A stretch of 64,000 nt of DNA from Camelus ferus (Eukaryota), in NCBI RefSeq assembly GCF_009834535.1, contig NC_045697.1, positions 66,528,001 through 66,592,000 on the forward strand, read 5' to 3'. The notes beneath the pieces are model-generated. The model was not told the DNA's origin. It worked only from the letters and a program-made list of their open reading frames with translations, and ran no database searches. The number at the start of each line of letters is the position of its first letter. Position 1 is the stretch's first letter. Below, piece after piece: positions 1 through 11,315 of the stretch. A program made the position numbers and the translations under genes.

Positions 1-229
1 AAGCAAGCTCACTAAATCACTTCCTCAGATCTGTACCACATGTAAATTCTCAAAACAGTATGAGTCCAGTAAGGCTAGGCAGATGTCTTCCTTCATGGGA
101 AGTATGCCTGTGATTTCTGTGAGAGTCCTTGCTTTTGCTGCTCTGGTGTCCTCTCCTGAGATACCTGGAACTTTGAGATGACTGACTTTTACAATTGGAT
201 GAAAAAAGAAATTGTGCTTTTGCTCAGAT

Positions 230-1210
230 TTGTCATCCCACCAAACTAAGCCTTTCCCTCCTCTTCTGAACAGCTTCTCCCTCAGTGGTCCCTGTTGCCT
301 TTAAAAGCACCACCATCCCAGGCTGCAAGGCCAGGGAATCAGCTTGTACAACTCTATCTGAAGTGTTCAAGTCTGCTGGTTATCTTGGTAGCCACGTCAC
401 TATCTTGGTTTAAATCTTCACTCTTTACATGAGCCTCTTAATTAGTTCTGTGCTTCCATTTCTCCCACTCTGGGTACCTCTAAACGATCTTCTGACAGTC
501 CCAATCCACTATTTAACACCTTGGTTTAAAAGTCTCTACAATTAGACCTGGGTGATATATAGTCCTCTGTCTGTGTTTAAAGCCTTCGGGCAAGTGATTC
601 AGGCTGGCAGGGTGCAAATGTCTGGGGCAGTTGGTGTGTGTCCGTGTTGAGAGGGCTGTTCAGTGACTTCATTTGTTTTGTGATTCTCTTGGAGGCTAGA
701 TACTGTACATAAAGTCCTCAAATTCCCTCTGGAAAAAAAATCTCTAAGACTTCCCCATCACCTAACAAGGAAAAATCTTCCATTAGCATATCTGACAAGG
801 TCATACCTGAACCCTGCTTAGCTGAGATTCATCTGCTACACCTTCTCCTCACAACTTGGGTAGCATCTCCGAGCTACCAGCTGCTCACTCAATGCGCTCA
901 GCTTTTTCATTCTGTTCCTTCTACTTAGAATGCTTACTCCTTTTCTAACTGCTCTTTGGTCTATAAAGATCCTTCATGTCCCTGATAAACTGTGACCACT
1001 TGGTGTGCGGTTTTCCTCCCATTCCCAGATAGAATAATTCCTTTTCCTGTGCTCCAGTAGTTGTTGTGTTCATGTATTGATGACTGTACTTCTCACGGAA
1101 TGTCCTAATTTAAAAAATATACATCCTCTTAAGACTTTCAAGAATTTAAATCTCAAACATGAGTGCATCGTATGCCATAGGTATTCAATCAAGTAGATTG
1201 TTGAATGGCT
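230..1210 (+). mobile_element. Degraded LINE-2 (L2) 3' region, fragmented
   Basis: Pyrimidine-rich L2-like text ending in 'ccataggtattcaatcaagtagattgttgaatgg', resembling the L2 3' terminus (TAGGTGCTCAATAAATATTTGTTGAATGAA). Confidence 0.5.
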
Positions 1211-3224
1211 TATAACCCAGATTCCTCTTCCTGCCTGTTGAAATCTTACCTTTTAAGGTCCATATCAAATAGTCTCCTTGTTGGTGTCCTCTGATTCTCT
1301 GACACCCAGAATACTTTTTCTTTTTTAATTAAATGAAAATCAATAGAAACTTCCTTATTCCTGATTGTGAATTTTTAAAATATCTCATTTAATTTGTCTT
1401 GTCTACCCAGAGATGCCAGATATTCCCTGGATTAGTGTCTTATGTCCAATAGATTCTTAGAAGAATGTTTTCTGAATAAAGTTAAGCGAGAAAAGCCAAT
1501 CCTTAGTGCAGCTTCTGAAAAGATACAGATGACCCCAACACTCTCTGCTCCAGCCCTTCTTCCATGTCTCATTTATTTCACCGCAGTTTGTGAGGATTGA
1601 AAAACAAAAAGGCAAAAAAAGTTTGTCACATAAAAGTTCCCAGTAATTCACACAGTGGAGGGGATCAATTCAAAATTTTTCCCTATTGAAACCTAGTTAA
1701 TGTCAGAAGATGGAAATGATAGGAAATTTGAGGACAAGGAGGAAAGTAGTTTAGGAGCAGAGAGGACTTGGTGATAAGGGTAAAATGTGTGGATTCTACC
1801 TTGGGATTCTGGGGACAGTAAGATAATTACTGGTACTAGGGACTAGAATGAAGGTTGAGTAGGAGGTGAGATGATACTAATGACAAATATAACTTCTTTT
1901 GAAAAATTTCTAGTGTCATCTTAACCAGAACTTTCCTCTTCCAGTCTGGCCTCAGGAACCAGAATGCAGTTTAGTCCTCATTGATATTATGGTTCAGATA
2001 GGTTATGGGGAAAATAGACTTTTGTGGGGACCCTACCTAACATGTCTTTGGGGAAAATGTGCTCACATTTCACAGACTCAATCAGTGAGTGCCTGGAGCA
2101 CCACCTGCTCACTCCTGAGTGGGAACTGCATAAAATACAGTTATACACAATTAAACATTTTCTTGTAAGTTCAAAGAATCATTTTTAATACTTAACATAA
2201 AATCATTTAATGGGAATAATTTTAAAAAAGGAGGAATTGAAAGAAAACAGTAGGCTAAGAATTAGACAATAGAAATAGATATGAAAAAATTGGAAAAACT
2301 ACATGAGAGTGAAATTGTATTAAATTATTTAAATCACATGCTTGATGGTGACCAAAGAGGGTTTATTAATATTTCAAAGTCGGGAAAATTTTGCAAAACA
2401 AGGAAATTCTGGAGGGTAGGCAGCTGAGGAAAAAAATATTTGGAAGTCGTTAGGTATGTCCTTGGGAGATACAGATAGCAAAATGGCTGATTTTGGAAAG
2501 TTAACTATTCTCCCCAAGTCTCTTGAAAGATTGTGGGCTAGCTTAAGTTATATTTACCTCTTTAGAAAATGTTTCAACACTTAAAAGATGTAGCAAGGGA
2601 ACCACGAAGTGAAGACGTTACGTACTTTTCCAAAATAAACACGCTAATTGTAAAATTTCATCAAATAGTGTTTTCTTTTTGTTTGCGTGCTTTTTTTTTT
2701 TTTTTAAAGTTTAAATGTATTTAAAGAAAAGAATATCTTTTCCCTAGGAGGTCAACTTGTGTTTCAGGGTTCCTACACTCCCCGTCCAGAACTGCAGGCA
2801 TAATTTGACGTGTTAAGTGTGGTTTTTTTTTACGAGGTGTGTTAACGTTTTATCAACTTCTCAAAAGTGTCATTGGCCCTGAAAAGTTTCAGTCCACTGC
2901 GCTAGATCATCTTTGGGAGCCCCTTGCAGCTCTCACTGACCAGTAATTCCACAAATCTTTGTTCCTCAAACGTAGGTTTTTTTGAAATCCCTGTTACACA
3001 TGACCAAGAAAGCATCTGTGATTGAAATCGAGGTGAGGCTCTGCGAAGCAGGCTGAGCTCGGAAGTTCACCCTGGATGCAGTGCGGTGGAAGGGCGAGAG
3101 GCAGCGGGCTCCCCAAGTCCGCTCACCCTTCTTTACAGAGGCGGCGGCGCTGGGGCAGCTCCAAGTGCGTCGAGAAGTGTAATCCCTTCGTTAAGTACTT
3201 GGCTCTCAGTCTCCAATCACTAGT

Positions 3225-3467
3225 GGGAGCTGGAGAGGGCAAGTGAAAAAAAAAAAAAATTCCAGAGGCAGCCGAGGAGCGAGAGGGGGAAAAAAAAAGT
3301 CCCGCGGCGGCGGCGGCGGCAGAGCGGCCACGGCGGCCAGAAGTTGACGGCACGGCCGGGCGCGGGGCGCGGAGTGCGCGCGGGGCCTGCGGGGCGCCGG
3401 AACCGGCTGGGGACCCGGGGCGGCGGGGCGGCGGCGCCGAGGACGCTAGGGCCGGGTGCAGCAGCCG
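3225..3467 (+). other. Putative non-coding first exon (5'UTR); start approximate, 3' end at a splice donor
   Basis: Strong donor CCG|GTAAGG at 3467/3468 inside the CpG island. No ATG between about 3080 and 3467. Contains A14, A9 and (GCG)5. Most long downstream L1/L2 copies are antisense, as expected in a + strand intron. Confidence 0.65.
3304..3320 (+). repeat. (GCG)5 trinucleotide repeat in the putative 5'UTR
   Basis: gcggcggcggcggcggc read directly. Confidence 0.9.
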
Positions 3468-4039
3468 GTAAGGCGCGGGCGAGCGGGCGCGCGCGGTGGG
3501 GCGCCGTCCTCATCCTCGCGTGCGGTGGGCGGCCGAGCTGGCGCGAGCGGGCGGGCAGAGGGGGGCCCGGGTGGGCGGCAGCCGGGCGCGGGGCTCCGCG
3601 GGCGGCAGCCGCTCGGGGCGGGAGCAGTCGCGCCGGCGAGAGGAGAGCGAGCCGCACGGCCGTGGGGCGGCGGCCTCCCGGGCTTTGTGCATGGGCGGCT
3701 CTGCCGGGACCCCCGGACCTCGTGCCCGCGCCGGCAAGGAGTCGGGGGCAGAGGCGGGACACGTGCTCCGGAGTTGGGGAAGGAGGGACGCGCCGAGGCG
3801 GGCATTCGGGACCTGCGCGCCGTGGGATGGGGCAGGAGGGTGAGCGGAGGGCAGCCCCGGAGTTGGGGGAAAGAGGGAGCCCCGCCGGCCAGAGGCGCGG
3901 AGCCCGCCGAGGCAGGACCCGCCGGCTCCCAGCTCCGTACGGAGCCACCTGCCCCGGGCGCCTCCTGAGACCCCGCGGCGGAGAAAGTGCGCAGCGGGCT
4001 GGTCCCGGCGCCTCGGACCTGCTCGTCGCTGCCGCTATT

Positions 4040-4300
4040 GCTTGTCTCTGGCCCCCCGTCTGTTGCTCTGTCTCTCTCAGGTTCTCAGTGTCCCCTCCCC
4101 CCCATTCTCATTTCTGTCTTTCTCTCTCTCCCCCACCCCCTGTTGTCTCTTTCAGTCTCCCTCTGTTTCTCTTTCTTCCCGCTCCCCTTTCTGTCTCTCT
4201 CTGTCCTCTCTGTCTCCCAGACTCTTTCGCGCGCGCTCTCATTTAGAGGCTGACTTTCTGCTCCTTGTCTCACTGTGTCTTGCTTTCTGCACCCATCAGT
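4040..4300 (+). repeat. CT-rich low-complexity tract
   Basis: Repeated ctct/ctgtct motifs with very few purines on the + strand. Confidence 0.85.
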
Positions 4301-4455
4301 CTGCTCGGTCCCGTTTGTGTCAGGGCTCCATATTTCTGTCTGTCCCTTGCGGTGTTAGACTTGAGACCCTCAGGAAGTTGTCCGGTGCGGTGTCTTTCTT
4401 TTTGAGCCGCGCCGCTCCAGTAGGGTCCTGGGTCCTTCGTATTTGTTCCCCACAG

Positions 4456-4520
4456 AATGGGAACTCTGGTTTCCTTCAGTTATTAGGAATTGCTCTTTTC
4501 TTAGTCACCTTTCCACCAAG
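4456..4520 (+). other. Candidate 65-nt alternative 5'UTR exon
   Basis: Acceptor 'tccttcgtatttgttccccacag|' ending at 4455 and donor AAG|GTGAGG at 4520/4521. Confidence 0.35.
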
Positions 4521-6764
4521 GTGAGGTCAGTGACTGTGAGCAGCCACAAAGGTGCCAGTGAAAGAAAACAGAAGAAGAAAGCTGCTGATGGCCTGTAACA
4601 TATAAAGAGAAAGTACCAAATATACCTGCAGTGGAGCTGAGCCACCTGAGAAAAGGTTCCTAGATTCTGGGAAGAAACACGAAGGTTTCCCCCAGTGCTG
4701 AGGGGACTCAGCTAAAAACTATTTGAAAATTATTTGAAAGAGCGCTTAGGGAAATTCTTTGCTATCCTAAACTGATGCCAACTAATACCTGTTTTCTTAG
4801 ATATATTTTTAAGATCCTAGTGACAGCTCTCCTAATTATTGTTTGGGGAAAATTATGGAAAATGTCCTGTGTCAACTGGGACATGTGTCTTTAAGAAAAT
4901 ATTCAGTCTTTGTACTCTTATACCTTTTACACTCTAGTGATCAAGAAGAATTATTTCTAACTGCAAAGAAAATAGGAAAGGATTTGTCAGTGATTTTAAA
5001 ACATGAGACATTCCAGAGATCAATAATTTCTTTGGAAAACGTTCACCATAAGGATGTTTTGAAGGATATTACATCTTCGTGAAATATGCACGTTATTACA
5101 CACTTAGATCATTGTGCGATGCAAAAAAAGGTTGTGTGCTGTAAGCAAATCATAGGAGTGATGGTTTTTTGTGGGAAACATAGCTGAGAAATTAATTGCT
5201 CTGATTTTCACTGTTTTCTTTACTCATGTATAATGTACCTTTGTTTTTAGCAAAATATGGCCTAGGGCTACAAAACTTGATACAGTGCGTTATTTGTCCA
5301 ATCTGAATTACCGTTTAGAAAACCACCTTTTTCTTTTGGTCACAAGATATGAGTTGATATGATCTCATTACTCAAGTGCTAGAGTCTGCTGATGAATTTT
5401 AATGGCACTGATTTGTGATTTTAAATCAAAATGTTAGTTTTTGGTGAGTTAAAATCTTGATTTATGTCATGTTAGTGAATCAATCACTATTTATAGGGGC
5501 TTTGCCACCTTTTCTGCCAGGTGCTGTGCAGCATTTAGCCTGGGCAGGGTTTTCTGAAATTCCCTGTTAGATCATTGTCCCTGAGTGACGTGCTGCCCCT
5601 GCTCATGGTGTGCTCATATATGCCCTTCAGAATGTTCCAGTCATTAAATAATATTTATTAAAAGGAAATTGACTTAACTTTTTTCTTCATAAACATCGAA
5701 AATTGTTGAGGTGGCCTGATAAATTATTTTTGTTACAGTAAGTACTGTATGCCTTGTGCTTTTAAATAAATAATACAATTTAAAGTGTGATTTTTGGGGG
5801 GTAGATAAAGCACCCTCCACTTTTCTTCAGCGCTCAACTCCTATTTATCATTTAAATTGAAAGTCAGTTGTCATCTACGCCAACCTAATAAAGCCTCTTC
5901 TAATTTTCATAAGCCGCCTCATGTCTACCCTCTGGCTTCAGTGCACTCCTCCCTCAGCGTTCACCTCTCTGCCGTGTGATAGCTCGGCTCTTCCTCTCGG
6001 GCTGTTTTTCTCTTTGAGGTGAGATAGGGTCCTTTTCTTACCTTCCTTGTGTTTCAGACGCCCAGCACAGTACCTGTCTTATGATAGATACTCAGAAAAT
6101 CCTCAAAGGATGATTTGTTCTCTTCCAATTTGTCTCTAACTTGTGATGCTACCTTTTGTTGGTGCAGCACCTGAAGGGGGGAAATACTTTAGCATGGTGT
6201 AATAGCAGCTCAGAGACTGAGGGTTGAAGGAGTTGGAGAAAGCATCTCATCACACGTTAATATTGATGATGAAGCAGATGAGGCCCAAAGAATGTGAAAA
6301 CCAGGCTCAGAACTAGGCCATGAAGCCCCACGGGCTATAGAACTGAGACCTCGCGTTGTATTCCCGGGGCCACGGTTCTTCTCACTGGACTCATGTTTGC
6401 TTTCTTTCACTAGAAGTGGGTAAATATGTCTATTATTAGAAGTTAACAGTTGTTATTGAAATGCTGAAGACTTCTCATGCCAACTGATAAGTCCTGCATG
6501 AAATGTATCAGTTTGCAGTAACTGACAATAATTGGGTTTACATATGCATGGAGGTGATACGTGTCTTTTAGAACACGGACTTCTAAGTGCTTTTATGTAT
6601 TAAGCATTGTTCTGGGTGTTAACTGTGTCAGCTTGGGTAGACTGAATTATTTCTACCTGCAAAAAAGATTTAAGCTCTCTGGACTTAAACTTTCTCCTCT
6701 GTAACTTTCTGTGTGTATGTTGAAGAGGGGTGAGGAGAAAAGAAAGGAAGTTTGGACCAGATTA

Positions 6765-6910
6765 AGGGCTCTTTTTGAAGTTTTTCTTCAGAGACCTATT
6801 TAACTCCCAGAACAACTGCAAATTCATCTGTTTTACATATCAGACTTCCCTGTGAGCTTTTGTTTGAAAAAAAAGGCAAACTCAGTTTAAAAAAAGCTTG
6901 ACGACCACTT
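6765..6910 (+). mobile_element. hAT-Charlie DNA transposon fragment (MER103-like)
   Basis: 'atctgttttacatatcagacttccctgtgagcttttgtttgaaaaaaaagg...aaaaaaagcttgacgaccact' resembles the recalled MER103 3' end. Confidence 0.5.
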
Positions 6911-7424
6911 CACTTGATGTTTTCCAATCTCCCTTCCAGTTCTTGAATTTCATAATCAAGATAATTTCTAGCTTTTAAACCTGGGTATCTGGAGGATAGT
7001 TGATAAAAGTATTAAGGGTAGAAGGAGAAATGATTTTGCTGGAGAGGTACTAATTTTGGGTTTCCATATGCCAAATTTGATGTGATGGCAGAAATTGGAA
7101 GTAGAAGTGTTGTAGTATCAGAGGCAGGCCAGGGTGCAGAGGAGAGAGGGGCCAGGCCTGCACATAGAGATGTAAGTCATTTGCACTGAATTAATGATTA
7201 AAATTAAGGAAAACTGAAACTTTAGGGATAGAGTCTGGAGAGAGAAATGAAGATTTGGGATAGAGAAGAGGGACATTTTATGTTACTTCTGAGTATTCTT
7301 AAAGCTGATCTGTAGTATTGAGATAAGAAAAAAAAAAGGTTAATGCATGATTTACATCAGGCAGTAATCAATTTTCATGAGTTTTAGAGCATTTACTTAC
7401 ATGCCAGTTATCTTAATTACATTC

Positions 7425-8030
7425 GTTTTTACTTGAATGTTGGAATGCCTACTCTTGACCTGGCATTATTATATACTTTGGGACATTGCAGCCACAAGAG
7501 GCACAAGGCCATTGCTGTCATTGAACTCTCATTCTAGAGAGTGGAAGCACAGTGAACTGTAAACAAGCACATGAGTAAGGTAATTTCCAGTAGTGAGAAT
7601 TGCCATTAGGAAAATAAGACAGGGTGATATGACAGCGAGTGCTGGGGCTACTTTATGTGAGGTGGTCAAGGAAGGCCTCTCTAAGGATGTTCCTGGACAA
7701 GAGAGTCAGCCCAGTGGAGATGTGGGAGAGCTTCCTGGCAGGGGGAACATTAAGGCTGTCTCTGAAGCAGCAGCAGGCTGGCCACACTGGCAGTGAGGGG
7801 AAATGATAGAGATGAGGTCAGAGCGCTTGCTAGGCCCACGTTATAAAGTATGCATTTTATTCAAAGTACATTTTATTGAACCACCCTGGAGAATTTTAAA
7901 TGGAAGTGAACAAATGTGACTTAGCATGACTGTCTGTAGTGTGAGCAACAATGTCCGAAGATGATGTGGTGGGAGACCATGAGAAGCATCTAGCTGAATT
8001 TGGTGGTTTGGCCAAGGGTGGAACCTGGAG
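7425..8030 (-). mobile_element. LINE-2 3' fragment
   Basis: Typical antisense L2 text: 'gaatgcctactc...gaactctcattctagaga', 'gtggtcaaggaaggcctctct', 'gagatgaggtcagag'. Confidence 0.75.
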
Positions 8031-9339
8031 AGATTGATCAGACATTGTTCTTATCACTGAGTAAGAGTAACTGGGTTGAATCATGCCGTGTGGTTTCCCC
8101 TGCCCCCACAGATCTTCATTGCAGCAATCCGCTGGTTCAATGGTTGCTTTTACTTTTAAACTGTAGATCTCAGCACCTCACAGTTCCCAGATGTCACCTT
8201 TTTACCTTCCTTCAAATACCTCCTGGGCTACAAGCAAGCTCCTTGGCTCAGAGGCTGCAGTATGTCTTGGGAAATGTTGTGGCAAGGTTCTTTAGGGCTC
8301 AAAGTGATCTTTGGTCTACGTGGGGATGCTTGGCTCTTTGAACTAACCTTTTCTACACTTCATCATACATAAATTTTGTGTGCTGATTAAAAAGGAAAGG
8401 ATGCAAGTCAGAATTCCTCTAATTAGGTTTTACTGTCATTTTTTTCTAACCCTCAGCCTTGAAAACTTTGCATGTTTCTTGAAAGACTTCACTGTAAAGT
8501 CCGTATTTTAGATCTGGATCTCACCCATCATATCCCAGTCCTTTGCAAAGAGCTAGTATATAGTAGGCGTTCAGTAAATATTTGTGGAAAGCTGTTGAGT
8601 GCAGTCTATTAGAGACCCGTAGCTTTGACTCTGCTGACTTTATTTTTCCTGTCTTTCAAAAAAATGTATGGCTGCATGTGCCTTCAGCTTTGGAAGTATT
8701 AAGTAGCAAGTTTGGAAATGATTTTTCTGCAGGTTGTATTTACTTATTGGCTAAAGGAAAAGAGATACAATCCAATATATCTTTATAACATTTGTTGCCT
8801 GGCTGTCTTGAGATAAACATTTTAGTCATTTTTATAGCAGTTAGATAGATATGGACTTAAACAAGTACAGACACATCTGTCACTAGTTAATTTGGTGATT
8901 TATGAATCTGAAGTGATTCCAAGGAAGCCTGCAATGATGATGCCTTTGTCTAAATTAATCTCTTGATACAAATCAGTGAGTTTTATCTAACTAGTACACT
9001 TTACAATGATCTGTAAAAGGTACTAAATTATCAGTTTCTTCTCTGGAAACGAGCTACTATTCTGCTGTTGTCCGATGACATTTAGCTACGCTAGTGCACA
9101 TAATGGGGGCTTATCCCCAAATCCTTCCTCTTATTGCAGAATGTAGTACTTTACTCAAGTGGGCTTCACAAGCAACTTGGCATTACCTCGCTTCTACATG
9201 TCCAGCAATTCTTTCACTGTTGCTTTAGGTCCTTTTTCAATAAGTAGAGAGTCCCTTCTGTATCTGAGTGTCCTCTCTTCCTGTCTAACTCCATTTTGCT
9301 GAAACCTCATGCGTTACACCCACTGGCTTCTGTGCCAGT

Positions 9340-9730
9340 ATCTTCTGCTTGCCTCCCCAGATCTGTGGTCCCCGCTTCTACTTTATACTCTGTCCAGGAG
9401 GAAACCTGGATGAACTGTGCTGATTTCCAGATAACTTAGGTTACTAGGGACCCCCAACAGGAGATTAGAGGGAGGGTGGAGAGAGGGTATTGATTTGGTT
9501 TGCTTCTTCCGTAATCAGCTTAGGCTGCCTGTGTCCCTGCACGGGAAGTCCCTGATCTCCTGAAGGGACCCTTCTCTTGGGCTGTCTCTGTCTCAGGATT
9601 CCAGTAATCTCTGGAATTAGCTCCTCTGCTTTTACTATCCTGATTGACTGCACTACCCTTCTTTTACACTCCTGCCTATGCTTCGTTAAATTGTTTGTTT
9701 GTAAATAAATCCTCTTCAATTTATCAGAAG
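9340..9730 (+). mobile_element. ERVL solo LTR (LTR33-like)
   Basis: 'caggagattagagggagggtggagagagggtatt' and the terminal 'tttgtaaataaatcctcttcaatttatc' match recalled LTR33 motifs. Confidence 0.6.
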
Positions 9731-9999
9731 TTGTAACAGTTAAGTTCCCATTTTCTGTTGCTTAAGCTTCTGAAAGCTACCTCCTTTTCAGAGCCTTCTT
9801 GGATTGATAAGAGCAGTTGGCTCCCCTTAACTCTGTTGGACATCTGCTTTCCACCCCAAATTATATACTTCTATTCATGCAATAATGGCTCAGAAAATGG
9901 CAACTGTTGTTATGTAAGTACTTTTCTGTCAAGCAGTTTGATTGCCTTAAATTTTTTACTTGATAGTCTGTAAACCTACCATGTATGTAATTTGGTTGT

Positions 10000-10240
10000 G
10001 TTTCATTCATTCTTTTATTCATTATTAACACAGTGTATATTTATAGACTCACTGTTTAGGGCCATGCACTATGCTAGGCGTGGATACAGAAAAGCAGATA
10101 TGTCCTTACTTGGGTTGAGGACTGGGGAGGGGACAAGAAATAAACAACATAGTATTTACAAATCAAGTTGTGTTTAGGGCTGTGAAGGAAATAAACAAGG
10201 TACAGTGGTGGAGAGTCATAGAAAGGAGTATCATTTTCTT
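10000..10240 (-). mobile_element. LINE-2 3' end
   Basis: Begins with (TTCA)n-like 'tcattcattc' followed by 'cactatgctaggcgtggatacag', the reverse complement of the L2 tail. Confidence 0.7.
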
Positions 10241-11086
10241 GATCACAAGCAACTGAAAGAGGGGTGTTTCTAAGTGGCTTTTGTTAACCTGCATCTTTTA
10301 TGCAAGCTCTTCATATGGGAATTTTAGAGTTTTCCTGATGACATAATCTTCTTGGTAGGAGAATTAGAAATTGCAGGTAAACTTACAGAAAATAAATTTC
10401 CTTATTACCTAAAATTAGTACTTTGATATACTACACATATATACTTTATGAAGGCTCTTGTGCATTTTTAAACGAAATGTAATGTATTTTTAAACGAAAG
10501 TAAGATCACATGTTTTTTTACTTACACTTTCACTTAACCATATGTTGACAGCACCATTCTACATCGATCTCTTCATTTTGAAACATAACACTGAGCGTAT
10601 CATTTGATAATTAGTGATCACAGTGTTCCCCATCTCCCTGTCAATTACATCTTTTAGGATTTTTAAAGTCAGATAGGCATGAAGAAGAAAATGACAAATA
10701 AACCCAGAAACCTCTGGAAGTTAGGAGACTCTTGGAACTTGAATATAGAAATGGCCTAAGTTATGTAGATTTTTATTTAATCAAAATTCCTTCGAGTTAA
10801 GATGTTTGATAAAATTAAATGACAACAGAGAGGGAAAACAATTTAACCAAATTTCTCTCGTTTAGTAATTACACGCTAGAAAATTTTAAGCCTAACACTG
10901 TAGCAAGTTATTTCTCACTCATCACATACTAAGTGAGAAATTTGGAGTTTGAAGTAGTGTGAGCTGTTCTGCCAGTTGGGGTGAGCAGTTGACATACAAC
11001 AGTATGTTTTACTTGACTGCCTTTATTTTCATGAATAGTGGTTTTGTGGAATGGCAGGCGGTGTAGCCCAAGACGGATCTTGCGGG

Positions 11087-11315
11087 TGGCAGCACGGCCT
11101 ACTGGTTAACTGTGGGGACTCTGGAGTTGGCCTTCTTGTCACTTTTTAGGTGTGTGACCTTGGGCAAGTTACTGACCCTTCTCGTGTTTCAGCTTCATCT
11201 GTAAAAGGGGAATGACAATAATAGTGATTACTTAGTAAGTTTACTTGCGGATTAGAAGAGTGAATATTTGTAAAGCGTTCAGAACAATGTCATAGTAAAC
11301 ACCACAGGCATTCAT
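11087..11315 (+). mobile_element. MIR SINE
   Basis: MIR core 'tgtgtgaccttgggcaagttact...catctgtaaaaggggaatgacaataatag'. Confidence 0.85.

Larger units (their letters stand above)
3030..4440. promoter_or_regulatory. CpG island promoter of an unidentified + strand gene
   Basis: Very high GC and CpG density from about 3030 to 4060, tailing off to about 4440, against an AT-rich, CpG-depleted background. ETS-like CGGAAGT at 3060-3066, CCAATCA at 3213-3219, several GGGGCGG GC boxes. Confidence 0.9.

Noticed and set aside
3220..4246. Long ORFs of 115-300 aa on both strands across the CpG island
   Set aside because: Low-complexity R/G/A/P translations, mostly non-ATG starts and several overlapping open frames; expected from stop-codon scarcity in GC-rich DNA.
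4042..4524. 160-aa Leu/Ser/Phe-rich ORF resembling a membrane protein
   Set aside because: It is the translation of the CT-rich low-complexity tract.
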